From Macrostomum hystrix (Eukaryota > Animalia > Platyhelminthes): a DNA stretch of 64,000 bases. The stretch spans positions 19,282,001 through 19,346,000 of the forward strand of contig CATNEN010000039.1 in the NCBI GenBank assembly GCA_950097015.1. The letters are read 5' to 3'. The notes under the pieces were generated by a model, which did no database searches, had not been told where the DNA came from, and saw nothing but the letters and a program-made list of their open reading frames with translations. Every line of letters begins with the position of its first letter. The stretch's first letter is position 1. Below, piece by piece: positions 11,087-25,238 of the stretch. Both the position numbers and the translations under genes were made by a program.

Positions 11087-14000
11087 ATGGCGACTATTTC
11101 AATTCCAAAGACAGTGACATCAAAGAAAGGCAATCTATCAATCGTATCAGAGAATTTAAAGGCTCGTCATGTACTTAAGCAGCACAGGCGACACCTTGGA
11201 GGTCGGCTAACTTCCAGTGTCGACAGCTCTGCACCATCAGAAGGGTCCTTCTCGGCCATTACTGTTGACGAGTTAGCAAACTCTGTACTATACTTTGGTT
11301 CCAAGGGCAACGACTCAGTATGTCTGGACATTCAACAGATGACCTCATCATCAACAGGTCACGAACCTAAAATTGTCCGACCTGGATTCTCCGCTCGCCG
11401 CTATCTGGCCTCATGGACGAAGACCCTTGACGAGGACACGGTCAACACGTGGCTAAGCTTGGGTAAATTGTCGGAAAAAACTATTTTTCAGACCAACGCA
11501 TTCCTGCCACATTTGAGAAAGCGGGCTAACGACAATCTCAGCGAGTATCCAGCTCCATATCGCATTGTGAAGCAGATGCTGATGGCGCCAGGGCCACTTA
11601 ATGAGTATTCGTTTATCTGGAGCCGAAAGGAGGTGTCAGGTGTGTTTCTTTCGTAAATTTAGATATCTGATGCTTTTAATTCATACAGAAATATAAATTG
11701 TTTTAAATTTTTAGATGACGGACTCAGCCGTGGTGACATCCAGGTGTTCTCAGAGGACAAAGCTGAACTAGTAAAGTACTCTGAGCTCGACAGGGAAACT
11801 CAGAAAGGTATCTTGTCGAAGCTTTTAGTAAAGTCGGCGCTAAACTACGGCCTCACCAAAGCTCAGGTAAAATAGATTTTGAAGTAGAATTTATAAATTG
11901 TTTCTGGACATCAATGATTAACCACTTAATAATTAGGCTTTTCAATCCACTAGACGAGGATTTATGATCAATGTTTAATAATCTTTTAATTTCAGGAGGT
12001 AGACCCGCTAGGGTCTAGCGAGCTTCCAGTCGACGAGTCTGGCGCACAGTTCGACATGGTGCACGCTGTCCGCAGCCTGCTCGATCGTGACACCAATGCG
12101 CTGCGTGAAGAGGGCGACAGCGGCGCTGGCGGCGCCGGAGCCAGCAGCGAGGAGTTCTCACCGGAAGACGAGCGAGTTTTCGAACGAATTCGGCAGAAGC
12201 GGCTGCACGACAAAAAAGTGCAACGGCAGCGACTCTTGCAGCAGCGCGCCAGACGCTCCGGTGCTGGCGGCGGCTTCCTGGCCATGCAGGGCGAACACTT
12301 TGGTCCTGAGTTCGAGCCGCCCGATTGGGAACGATCAGCGAGACTCAACGATGGCTCGAGTGGATTCTTGCCGCCGCTGGTCGAGGATCAACAGCCAATC
12401 ATGACAAGGAGTCTGCGCACCGGCGACGATGAAGGAAGTGGCGAAGTTCGACGGCCGAAGCTGCCTCGCCTTGCGGTGCAGCGGGACGGATTTGGAAGCA
12501 GCGAAAGCGAAGATGAAGACGGCGAGGGTGACACGGTTCGACGGGAGGCTGCGGACCGGGTGACGGAGCTGCCTTTCGAAGGCGTCGGTGAGTTCTTGCT
12601 GGGTCGCGAGTACAGGTTACAGCGGAATGATATGTGCATCCACAACTTGTACGAGCTAAAATCCCCACAGCCCGCAGTGGTCCTCAGCTATTTGGCAGCA
12701 TGCCCAGAGCCCGTGGCGTGTGGGCCAACTTTTCACAGCGCCGGCGACCGCAGCCGACGCCACTGCAACTACAGCAGCAGCAATCAGGTAGAATGAATTT
12801 TAATTGCTGTATAGAATAAACAAAAGAGATCATTGAAATTTCTAAACAATCGACGCATTAAAAAGTACAGTGCTATTCGATCAAAATCACCCCCCACTCA
12901 ATCCTGTCTCCAAGCTGACTCTGGTCGAGGCGTTCATCTTAAAACCGCTGAATTGTTCCTGGGCGCCGAGCCAGAATCCAGAATCTCCACCGCTGAAGGT
13001 GAGTCTAGCTAATAGGCGACTTTCTAAACTACGATCGCTTCGTAGCGATCTTACTGACTTTAGTCTCGACAAAACAAGTTATTTAAACTTTTAAACCGTT
13101 TGTCTGCAAGACCTGCGCCCTATAGGTTAGATAGCCGGAAAGACAGTTATACTGTTGTACTATTTCGCCATGAGTCTTGTTTATCTTTTTGTCTCTGGCC
13201 CTGGCACATGCCTAATTCAGTGTTCTCACTCATCCACACATACCCCTATCTCTTTGTCGTCTTGAAATAAGTAGAAAGTAGAAAATCTTATTTAGTTTTC
13301 TATAGGACTGAAGCTATGGCTAGTCTATCGCGAGAAAAATCTGAGAACCATTGCTTGAAATGGCTAGTATGCTTTCTGCTCTACCTGGCCTTCCAGCAGC
13401 TCAATTTTTGGTCTCAAAACAAGTGTAGAGAGTGACCGTGCAGCAAAAAAACATAGCATAGCAACTGAGATGAAGTTGAAGATTACTCTTCTATTTTTAA
13501 ACATAGACTTCTCTCTCTCTCCGTTGCTGCTTCTCAAATGAGCAGCTTGTTGTCAACTGTGAGACTTGGAATCAGACGTGCGATCAAACGACGCATTTCA
13601 TAGGGTTTATGATTCTCTCGAAAAAAAAGCGATGAAAATTTTAATGCCTTTTTGAGCTGCTCGCTGTTTCTTAACCTTCTGAGGGGCATGTATCAAAGAC
13701 GTTTTATAGGGCCAAGGTGGATCGGCTTGGCATCAAATATTCATGGCATGGCTTGATTGCTAAACCACTTCGACGGCCTTCCAAACACAAGCGCCCAGAG
13801 ACACACACTATCCATTCAGGTGGCTAATATAGGCGGGCTGGACACGTGTACTCCCCCAAGTCTCGGTTTCACCATGTCCTCAATTGTCTTGGCAATTTAA
13901 GTGCAAATGAAGTCTACAACAAAGAGTGGAGTCCCGCCGAGATCAAAAGCTCCCAACAGGTCAGCGGTTATTTACGGCATTAACTTAAAATATGGTAGAG

Positions 14001-17000
14001 ATAGGACATACAAGTAGAAGTTCTGGTCCTGGTACTGGTACGGGTAATATAGAAGTACTGGTTTCTTCACTGCCTCGCCCCAATAATTATTTAAGACCGA
14101 TTGGCAAAACTAAGTACAAACGCAGTAAGTTTGTAGTAAGTAAGTAACTAAAGTTTGTTACAGTTACAGTTACAGTTATAGTTCTTTTGTTTTGCAAAAA
14201 AAGATTCTCAGTGCGCGAATCAGAAGAGCTATAACAGATACGCCGCTCTAGATTATGGAACAGAAGCGAGCCCTGACCACGGTTGGGTGACAGAAGTGTC
14301 TTAAGGAAACAAGTGTCCAGCCCTTGCTGAACTCCGTACTCAAAAGCCATGGGTTGATCGAGTCTTGCTCTTACTACTGGGGCTACTGCAAACCTCCCAG
14401 CACAGGCAAACCCCTAAAACAAAGATGCCTTTACTTTTATCATAAGATACATCGTGGACGATTCATGAAGCTAGAAAAATAAAAGCTGTCAGAAAGCAGT
14501 GTACAATAAACCTTATAAAGAAGCAGAGATGGCTTCAAAGGGCCATTGTTAAAGTGTGTAACCGGCAGCATATCAGCACCTCTTGTGTAGTTCCGCAGCT
14601 AAAATCTCAGAGACCGGCGGACGATAAGGCTTCTCCGCTGCAGCCAGCAGATCTCGCGTCTTCCTGGATACGGCACGCCTCGCTCTGTCCCCCATCCCCC
14701 AGCCATTCATCGCCAGCAGACCGATGAGTCGACCTGATTATTTCTCTTTTCTCTCTCCCTCCGCAGAGCAGAGCTTTTTAATCTTATTGATGACGGGCAT
14801 GCAGCGACTCATTGTGCTGCGGTAGTTCATAGGGAAATGATCATCAGTAAACTATACAATCCCCTCTAGCTACCGATTAAATTTGAGGAGGCGATAATGT
14901 GAGCGAACGTAAAGGCTTCCTTGCTAATAAGCTAAAAACAGTTTTGTAGAAAATAATGATGACGGATGCTCACGGTAAGGAAGGAAGTTCGCTATAGCTT
15001 TGCAAGCTGCACTAAGTGTGTTCTATTCAGAATTTTATTCCATTTTTTGAAAAAAATAGTTTTTTTCTCGTATTGTATATTATATATAAGCTAGGCCATA
15101 GACTATATATACGAGTATATATATTAGAAGGCCGATTTTAAGTGAAAAATGCTTTGAAGAAGCGGCTTTTCATCCTTTCGTCGATTGAGTGTCTTGCATA
15201 TTTTATTCTTGAGAAGACCTTGGCGCAAGTCTCTAAAAGTCTCGTCGCTTTGACTGCTGTGTCGCTACTGTTACCTTGATTAATTCGACAGCATTTGCAG
15301 AACGCTTAGTTAAATTTTACCAGCCAAAAGAAAGTAAGCTAAGGCAGAGCGGCAGGTTGAGTTAGTCGAGCAAACATGGCAGAAAGTACAGGTTCTCGGG
15401 ACAAAATCTCGCAAGCCAGACGCATCCGACGCCAAGCAGCTAATGCGCACACTAAAACATGCCGGAAAATTTATGATGAAGCTTGTTTGTCAGAAAGGCA
15501 ATGCAGGCTGGAAGCAATTGGGCTTCTGTTTGCTGCCGAAGAAAACCACCTTGCGGATTTGATTTCCTTGGCTGGTTAAAACAAACTTCTAACGCTGAGT
15601 TTTCTGATTCGTTTGAGTATAGGTATCGATGCATTATTTGGTGTTAAGTAAGCCTAAACAGATTTGCTTATTCGATTCAAAAGAGAGCACAAAGAACACG
15701 AAAGCGTGAACATGTACACAGGCAAGCACTGACAAGGGTTGTTCGTGCGAAAGTCGCTACAGATTTTTAATTCAGAGAGAAAATCTTTGATGAACTTGTC
15801 CACTCAATAAGTGTCAATTGTTTTCTGATTTGGAAAATGCTATTCAACTTCGAATTTTTTAGATGATACCTCATCAGATTCAAACGATTTGGCCAGTGTT
15901 CGACTGAAAACTCGAAAAGCGCGACAAGGTGAGAGAATATTTTCGTGCACCTCTCCCATTTCAAGCAACGTACCTTATATATATTTTTTATATACTAAAT
16001 TACCCATTACTACTTTGAAAACATTTTAGAAGCTAAAAATCTTCGAGCCAGATCGCCAGTTAAACGAGGTAGGCAAATTCTTCACTTTCAGCAAGTTTTA
16101 AAGCAGGGATTTTCAAATAACAAAAACCTGAAATATTTTTACATTGCTATCGTCCACTTCTTAGAAATCGCACGTCCCAAAAGCAACTACTTGAGTTTGC
16201 GAACAACTAAATTGAAATAAACATTTTAATGTTTATTGGAACATGTTAACGTAAATATACTCCATTAGTTTTCCTTTGGTGTTAGAGTCCCTTGTTTTTA
16301 TGTACTAAGGGGTTGTAGCCTTAGGGCTTCGGACTCACGACTTGAAGGTCGGGGGTTCGATTCCTGGCTCCACTGCAACAATTTGTATCCTTTAGCAGAA
16401 AAATTACTTTGCGTTGCTTCAGTTCACCCAGCTGTTAAATGGGTGCCAGCATTAGTTGGGGGTAATTGAGGGTGGGTGTGGCGTCCCCCCAGTCCATGGA
16501 CTGAACAGTTGTATTCAGCATTCAGATGCGCCGCGCAACAGTTGCGGCTGTGCTGTCGGCTGCTCATCTAGCCCAATTGTAGCAGGTGTAATACTATTAT
16601 TATGTGCGTACTTCGACGTCGTAGCGACTACGCCCTCGGCGGTCAGCGTCATATCACCACCTAAACTCGTATAAGAGCATTTATGACTACCAGCTAGCCC
16701 TGCCATGTTGATAACTGATGACTGACTGCGCCTAACCCAGAGGTCGATATCAGAAGTGGCGACTTCGACGCCACCGAATTCCTGGTGGCGCACAAGGCGG
16801 CTGACGGCCTGCTATCAACGGGGCCCTCGCGAGTGGCCACCCCGCCCAGTCCGCTGACTCTCCAGTCAGAGAGAGACGTTGCGACTGCGGAGATGGCGGA
16901 CGAGGAGGGGCGGGGTTCGCAGGGCCCGCTGCAGCTCGGGGGCAGGGGTCTAGCGGCCCCAGAATTTGCTGGTCCTGGTAAGATACTCTAGCTGCGGACA

Positions 17001-20000
17001 ATAGCGCAAGCAGGCACCTAAACAGCCCTTTACTGTACGCTGGGCTTTTAAACAATTCGCTTTTCTGCGCTTCATAACCTAAATCTAGGCGACCACAAGC
17101 CTAAAAGGCATTATTAACCCGCGCTGCGCAGCGCAGTGATTGGCTTAGAGTTGATCTCAATGAATAGTCATAAAATCAATACAAGTCATGTGATTTGGCC
17201 TAGTCTGATGGCTATGGGAACGAGATTCCTGTAGTGATATGACATTCCTTTGACTCGAATACTTGCCATTATATAAAGAAAATCTATTGATTTCTCAAAT
17301 GCGACTTACTTATCTTCTGGATTTGTTACTAGCGTCGAACCAGAATTTAATCCACAATTGAGCAAAAAATCAAATCGCGATCTGACTGTGAAATCGCATG
17401 CCTGCTTGCTGCCAAGTTACTTTATAAAAGCGTGATTTCCTCTCGCTCGCAGTAGAGAGTTTATAACAATAGACGATTCAAAACAATGCTGCGACAGCTC
17501 ATTGGCGCTCTAGACTATTGAACTTTTTTAACATTCGCACGTGGCCGTTTCAGTGGCCTACTGAAAGTAGGACTGATAGAGTTTATTTATTCGCAACATT
17601 TATGTTTCTTCGCCAATGCAGGCGGCGAGCGACTAGCCGTGGCTGCAATGAGCAAGGAGCAGCTCATGTCCGTGCTAACCCAGCACGCGGAGGAGGTCGC
17701 CGAAAGCGTGCTGAAGAGCCAGTCAGCTGGGCAGGACATTGCCGAGGATGTGCAGGTAAGAGCGCGGTGGACACCTGATGTGTTGGCTTCTAAGTTGAGG
17801 CATCGATCAGTTTTTTACACTCCCAGTAAAACATCTGCCTGAACATAAGTTTAGCAACGAAAGCACAACTCGCCACGCCATTCGAACCATTTTATTTAGG
17901 TTGCCTATCGTTTGTGGCAGACGAATCTGCGAAAACAGCCGCGACGTATTCCTGATAGCAACCAGCCCGTACGTTGCTATGGCAACACCCTCTTTCCTTA
18001 TTTTCTCGTTGCACAAATTTATTTTGTTGCTTTCTGTTCACAGTCGCTTTTAAGTTTTCGCACAAAAAATTCAACAGATCTTATGAGCTTCGTAAACAGT
18101 ACTTACTACTTACTATCCATTTACTGAGATACGACAGTAGATAGATGCATGCACGAACTTAGCCTATTTTTCTTTAAGAATCACCTTGTGTTTCGGATTG
18201 AATTCAACTGGTGATTGTTAAAATTGCGATTTTTTAAATTAACAAGTCTATTTGAAAATGTATACTAAAAAGCAATCTTCTATCGGTACAATATAAGTCC
18301 AATATTAGGCGAATGTGTATTATACAAATCTAACGCTGTGAGTCTCTGAGATAAAAAATATTTTCGTTCCAGTCGATGGTGATGGTAACTGGGTGGCAAG
18401 TAAATCGTAGCAACAACTCGCCAACCTTATTGGCTTATTGCTTTGATTAAAACTGTCCTGCTGTAATCCTCAGAAGGCCATCGCGGACCTCATGACCCAA
18501 CGGGCTCTGAGCATTCCGGCCCAGCGTCGAGTCGGAGTTGGGCAGGCTGGCAACGCAGCCGCTGTCAGACGCAGTCGACGAGCTCGAGAGGCGGCCACTG
18601 CAGCCGCCGCCGCCACGGTCGCAGCCGAGACGGCGCATCTGCAGAGCGCCGTCTCCGGGGACGCGCTTCGCAAACCAGCAGCTGCGCGCGACGCTCCAAG
18701 CGATGCGTCTATTGTTGGTGGTGACGGCGACGCTGTTAGCCTAACTGAAGAGGACGAAGTAACAGACGAAGTCTACGATGAAGAAGCTGACGCTGAAGAC
18801 GAAATGCGAGCTCAGGAAGAGGAGGTCGCTTTCAAGGACGCCATCAAGGCCGCCCTCATCTCGGCTAGTGAGTGACTTCAAAAGTAATATTTTATTAAGT
18901 CTTTCGAGGGAATAAAAATAATAATTTCAGGAGGGCTGCAGGCACATCAATCGGTGACACTAGACCCGCAGCCAGCGAGGAGAGCAATTCTGCCAATTTG
19001 GCTGACTTCTGAGCACACATACGCACAGATACTGTGCACAGGCACACACAGGTGTACATCTGTCCTGACAACGCATCGTCAGGCAGTGCACACTGCCACT
19101 GTGCCTCGGAGGTTGGCCCTCAAGGGCGTAAATTGCACGACAAGCCCCAAAGCCTTCTCACCACGGCTGCGCCCCAAAATGAATGTTTCCTCGCCACGGA
19201 ATCGAGCTCAGGGACATAGGAGCGAGAGGCGAACGCATTAAGCGCTCTGTCACTGAGCCACTGACCCCCTCTTTCGAGGCAAAGTGTTTTCATAATGTTG
19301 AAATCGATTGATTATATGCTAGTGTACAAAAGTTTCTTCAGGATTTAATCCATTACTCAATCAATAGTTTGCTATGATCAGTTGAGACAGGAGACAGTAC
19401 ACAACCTGCGCTGACTTTCCAGTATCAGGAAGTGAACATTCTCAAAATGCCTTTGCGGTTGGCCGTTATGGGCGCTTAGTACACAATTTCTCAAGCCTTG
19501 CTATGAGGCTGAGCCCCAAATGCTTCGCAAATGAGGTCTTGCCGCACGCCGATTCGATCTCGTGAACAAAATCAGAACCTTAATGCAAGAGTCCAACGCG
19601 CTAACAATCAGCTAGTCTCCCCCATCCAACCGTTGAATTCAATGAATGGTTGAAATCATACGACTATGCTCACTCAAGCACAACATATATCCCCTTTCCT
19701 TAACAAAATCAGTAACTAAATCGACGGGTGAATCTGACACAGTAGCCAACGATGACATTGAGCTGCCAGACGATATCCTAGAAATGTTGGCCTCTCCTGG
19801 TTCAGACGGTCTGCAACCTTCCGATCTTGTCGTGGTCATCGATCCTTCAACGGGCCGGCGGATGATCAGCACTCGTGACCTGCTGGTGCAGCAAGCGATG
19901 GCTGATGCTCAGGCCGATCCAGAGGCCGCACTGGCCCAGATGCAAGTCTCCAGCGCTTCCGCTAGCCACGGACAGCTGGCCTCTCTTAGAGCCAGCTCGT

Positions 20001-23000
20001 CACGGGATTCGCAGCAGCATGCAGACGGCGTTGGAAAAACCGCCAAGCAGGCGAGTCACCAAAAAGAGGCCTTCAGAGTTCGTGAGTACTGGCTGGCCTA
20101 TTGTCTGACAATAAACTGAACGATAGATCTTATATTCCCTTGATAAGCCACTCAACGGCCACAAGCTGAGTGGAGCCTTCGTCAAAGGAGCCTTCGTCTT
20201 TCTTGAAACTTTTTGCGACCACGGTATCAGTTCGGTAGCTTGTGCAAATGTCTAGGGATTTTTTTAATGCAGATTTAGCCGTTAGTCACTAGGAGGATTT
20301 AGGAGGATACTTTTTTCTGAACGGAGCAACGCAAGCACATGAAACCTAACAGCACGGTCCAAGATTTTGTTGCGAATCTTCTGAAACAATAATTAAGTCG
20401 CCAGACCTTTGGACCATTGAGATATTCAATGGTTGTGGTCGAAGGTCTGAGTTTTCCCATAAGTGCTAGTCTATTTCATACCCCTATACAATAATTCGCA
20501 CTGCGAATTGTCTTGCCAGGCCTTCAAACTTCAGCCTGCATCATATCCGACTTCGGTGGTCAAGCACCTTTATCTAGACGGAGCAGCTGGACACAGTGTC
20601 AGGGGGAAATCCCCCTAGGTATAAAAACGGGCGGCAACGTGGCTTGGTTGTCGTAATGTTAAGCTACTGACCTGAGACTGTCTCAAACGCTCTCGGCTGA
20701 ATAAATTTTTTCTTGCTATTTCAGTGGTCGGTCTTTTCCTATTGAAAGTACTGAAAGTGGCTTATCTAGGGATATCTAAGTATCGGATTAAACTCGTGTC
20801 ATTTTACTATAAGTAAATATGTGTGAAAACACTCGATGTTATATGCCACAGCTAACCAACCATCCACAATTTTTAGCCCGAGTTGTTCACAAAGACAGCG
20901 TCCAATCCGTGTTTACTGGCGATGTTAGTCGTGAAGGTAAGACATGAATCTATAATTCAAAGACTATTAAAGTAGAAGGACGCAACACTAGAAATCTATG
21001 AAACTGGTTTTTTAATCTATACAGTATATTTTTCCAGCTGTTATGCACTATTGTGTGTACTTCAAAGGTAGAGCTAATGTATGGGCTACGATCGTAGATA
21101 GGCCAATACAATAAACGCTAATAAAAATACCGGTAAAATTATTTTAATAAAATGAATAATAGAAAAGAACTCAATAGAGAAATAAATATACATAATACAT
21201 AACTGCCTTAGTACAATAAGGGACTACTAAATACTCGAGACGGGAAGTTTCTAAGCTGCAAAGAGTATCTATTAGTCCCTGAGTACGATACGTGAGATTT
21301 GCGACTTAGTTTTTAGGGAAAATGGCTTTCAAAACTTTTCCATTAAACACTAGTGTCGCTTCCTGTGTATACGCTACTTTGGTCCTCTAGATGTCCTTTA
21401 GATGTACAACACACTTAAAAACATTTAAATATTGCAGCATCCAATGTGGAAGAGCTGTCGCTACCACGTATACCGTCAAAGTTGTTAAAGACAGGTGGGT
21501 GCACTAGTTTTCATGTTGATTTATATCTTGTTGATAACGTTTATTCCGCATCGAGCGCTCGTTTTTAATATGATCCCTGCCTGCTCATTTATCGCGCAGC
21601 TGCCGCCGCCGCTGTTGCGTCAGCCGCCGCAGAACCGGGTCGACAGCCGGATGGCAAGTCTCGACGTCTCAAAGCTTCAAAGAAGAGGCCGCCAAAACAG
21701 GCTCCACCGACAGCAGCAGCGCCCATTGCCGATACGGCGTCAAAAGCTGACGACAAGAAGCAAGCGAAGAAGAAGGCAGCAGGAAAAAAAGCTGCCAGTC
21801 GAAAGGAGTCCACGTCAGTTGTTGGGATGGAGGGTGTTGAGACGGATGAAGCCACTGTGGACGCGGCGGAGCGTCCCGAGGAGGAGATGAGCTTCGTCCG
21901 GGTTGAAGAGGACTTTTCAGACGATGAGGGTGAGTTTAAAGTTTCATTATTCGTCGCTCCGTTCCAATGTGTATTTTGTTTATCTCGTGCATAGTTATTG
22001 GTCCAGGCTCATTTTTTGCTGAATCCAAAATCGTTTAACAAGGCGCAGACCGAGATCCTACAACTATGCTAGCTGTCGATGAAGACGCTAGCGGCGTCGG
22101 CTCCAGCAGCTTGTTTCTACCCGGAGCGGACGCTGATGGCGAGGAGCTCGACGACGCTGAGTTTGAACGCCAGCTGCAGGAGCAAATGCGCCGCATGAGC
22201 GTCAAGGAGCAGCGCGAGCTGCGCCGCAAAGCCGAGGCCGAGCGTCGTCGCCGGGAAACCGAGCGCCGTCGGAGAGAAGCCGCAGAGAAGCGACGTCGAG
22301 ATCTAGAGGCGGCGGATCGGCAGGCCCAGCTGGAGCAGGAGATGGAGGCTGAGCGGTTGCGCAAGGAGGAAGAGGTTCGCGAGCGTCGCCGCCTGGAGCG
22401 GGAGGCGCGCGAGGCGCGGGAAGCTGAAGCGGAAGCAACCGAGAGGCGCGAGCGACTGGCGAAGGACAGAGAGCAGCGGGAGAGGGAGAACTTCATGCGC
22501 CGACTGCAGGAAGCGCGACTCCAGAAGGAGGAAGAGGAGCAAAGACGTCGGCGTGAGTAGACGCTTTTCTTTTCTTAAAATTTATTATGACGATTCAAAA
22601 AAGTTCGACTCAATCAACTTGCAACTTCAGTTGAAGAGATGCTGCGTGAGGAAGAAGAGGAGCGCCTGCGCAAAGAAGAGGAGGCCCGCTTGGCGCAGAT
22701 GGAGGAGCAGGAGCGTCTGGAGTATCTGCGACGCAAAGCCGAAGAGGAAGAGCAGCGACGCCGCGAATTGGAGGAGGAGAGGTGCGAATTCTAGACACAG
22801 TCTTATGCCAACGGAAAATCCACCTTTCGTAATTCTAATTCCAAAAAATAGACTCATTTCTCAAGAAACTCGTATCCTAAACAACATAATATGCTAATGA
22901 CATACCCCAAAGACATCCCAAAGACATCGTATTCCAACGATATCATGTCCGGTTGACATCGTATCCCAAAGAAATGATATCCCATTGACACCATATATCA

Positions 23001-23380
23001 AAGACACCGTATCCTAAACACACCATATCCCAAAAGTCTAATCCCAAAGACCTCAAATCCCCGTGAACACATATATTCCCTAAAACTCAAATCCCAAAAT
23101 CTTGCATCCCAAACGTCGCAGGCTTCGCCAGGAGACGCAGGCCCAACAGGCTCTGGAGGAGGCCCGCCGTCTAGCCGAGGAGCTGGCCGCGGTGCGCGCC
23201 GCGGAGCTGGCCCGTCGTCGGTTCCAGCGCTCCTTGCGCATTGAAAAGGTCGGCCAGGAGCGCTACTTGATTAATCTCACGCCAGCTTTCGAGTTCAGCT
23301 ATTTCAACATCATGATTCGCCAGGGACTGGACGAAACCAAGTTTGTGAAGGCTTCGCAAGTTATCAAAGCCAAAAACTGA
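11087..23380 (+). CDS. KIAA2012-like protein (conserved N-terminal region, low-complexity middle, E/R-rich coiled coil, C-terminal FEFSYF motif), multi-exon
   Basis: Approximate exons: 11087-11639, 11715-11866, 11996-12588, possible 12671-12787 and 12871-12998, 16741-16977, 17622-17755, 18474-18868, 19713-20081, 21600-21929, 22043-22553, 22631-22781, 23122-23380. IPKTVTSKKGNLSIVSE, TVDELANSVLYFG, IVRPGFSARRYL and NLSEYPAPYRIV resemble vertebrate KIAA2012 as remembered (LPKTFSTRKGALILYSE / TLQDLKEAILAYG / IQPGHSAKRYL). The C-terminal FQRSL...LTPAFEFSYF resembles its ...RPWVYSYF end. Confidence 0.78.
16309..16602 (+). mobile_element. CORE-SINE family 1 copy (intronic)
   Basis: ggactcacgacttgaaggtcgggggttcgattcc head, CORE-like cttcagttcacccagctgttaaatggg, 3' gcaggtgtaatactattattat. 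Confidence 0.85.
18960..19268 (-). mobile_element. SINE family 2 copy (intronic)
   Basis: Reverse complement of the 6129-6445 element along its full length. Confidence 0.8.
19440..19624 (-). mobile_element. Degenerate tRNA-headed SINE-like fragment (third type)
   Basis: Reverse strand reads gggggagactagctgattgttagcgcgttggactcttgca...gagatcgaatc, with A/B-box-like spacing; no second full copy in the window. Confidence 0.4.
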
Positions 23381-23844
23381 TTCCGATAAAGTAGACAAAT
23401 GCAAAAATACAAAAATTGCAATTCACATGCTTCCAGAATTGAAGTTCTTGATACTTCAACGGTTTTTCCATTGCCAAGTCCAGCAAACTATAGAGAATTG
23501 CTAACTTCTGGTTCTGAGCATGTTTTGTAAAACTTTTCGATTTCTATCAACAAACTTATAAAAATATTTCTACCTTCATTTATTATTTTTTGTCTTTCCT
23601 ATTCCATTTTTCTTTATTTTACTCTTACGGCTCCTTAAGGGTAATTTCTAAAGAAATAAATTAAACAAACACTATATGTAACTATATATTTTCTGACCCT
23701 ATGTGACTGTTTGCACCACTATTTCAAAGTTTTCTAGGATTTTTTTTCAATGGACATCAAGAATTCTCATTCTCCTCTGATCTCCTAATTCTAAAAAAAT
23801 ATTGAATGACCGAAAATCGAGGAAGTGGAATAGGGTGGATTGCA

Positions 23845-24173
23845 ATAATAATAATAATAATAACAACCATAATTATTACTATTGATTAAACCAGCCCCAT
23901 TTGAAACACATGTGCAGCCCACAGCACAGCCGCAGCTATTGCGCGGCGCATCTGAATGCTGTACAGCTGTTCAGTCCATGGACTGGGGGACGCCACACCC
24001 ACCCTCAATTATCCCAGCTAATGCTGGCACCCATTTAACAGCTGGGTGAGCTGAAGCAACGCAGAGTTTCATGTTCTTGGCTGAAGGACACAAATTGTTC
24101 CAGTGGAGTCGGGAATCGAACCCCCGACCTTCGAATCGTGAGTCCGACGCTCTAACCACAAGGCTGCAACCTC
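23845..24173 (-). mobile_element. CORE-SINE family 1 copy
   Basis: Highly similar to 340-622; (aat)n tail at ~23845-23860. Confidence 0.87.
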
Positions 24174-25238
24174 TGTTCACAGCTCAACTCATTTATTAAG
24201 CTGTGGATCGCATCGCAGCTCGATGAATGATTGAAAACGGAGGAAGTGGAATAAGTCTTTGTCTTATAAGAAAATAAAAAGTGCATAACGTGTTTACAGC
24301 GTATTAACCCATATTGATCAATTAATGACCGTTGGCATTTAGCAAAGCGCATTTTTTCTGGCAATATCCACGTCTGTGTAGAAACGGTGAACCAGTTCGG
24401 TGCCCTTTACGCATTTCCACCGGACCCCACAATGCACCCTCTTCGTTCACGGATTTGCTAAGCCCCTGGATTTTTCTTCTTTGCTCAATTCTGGCTGTTA
24501 GAAGACAGCAGCCCTCTCTGTGACTTGTGCGGTATCGATTTGCCTAGGATTTTGGCATGCATTGTTTGTTCTGCAGTAAGCAGTTGACTGGGTTGATTTG
24601 GTAGCTATTGTCTATTTAATTCACTGATACAGACACAAAATACTAACGAAGCCATTTTCCTCAGTGGTAGAAAAACATTTTGTCCCCACTCAAATTCTAT
24701 CAATTGCATTTTATTTAGCTTATTTAGCAGTCAGTCATTGCGACTCCGTCCAGACAATCAATTGGCTGGCTATAGCAGGACAGATCTATCGTTGTTTAAA
24801 TTGAACTCTGGCTGGTGGGGTGGGTGGTTGAGCCTAGACCTTTCTTCCGATAGCTGTTGTTGTGAATTTTGAACGCTGCAGGTTTGGGGTGGGTGGCCGC
24901 GCGTGGCGGCGTCAGTTTTTTACGCAAACTCAAGAGATTAGGATATGTACGCTGAGGCGCGGGAGCGAATGTACATCATCTGGGGTTGGTGGGTTTGAAG
25001 CTTCCCCTAAAATTAATACACACACGAGCGGTCACACTGGCTCTAAGCCTTAACGCCCTCTGGACTTCACGTAGGAAGCCCAGACGTTTATTAGCCGCTT
25101 ACTCTCGGCTTTTTGACTTGCTGAACTTCTCCTTACCATTGACACAGGAGGAACAGGACTGAAGCCTGCATTAGCAGCATTTTAGTCGAAAGGAAGCTAT
25201 TCAGAAAATAAAGCAGTTATCTTCCTTCCGCCTACAGC

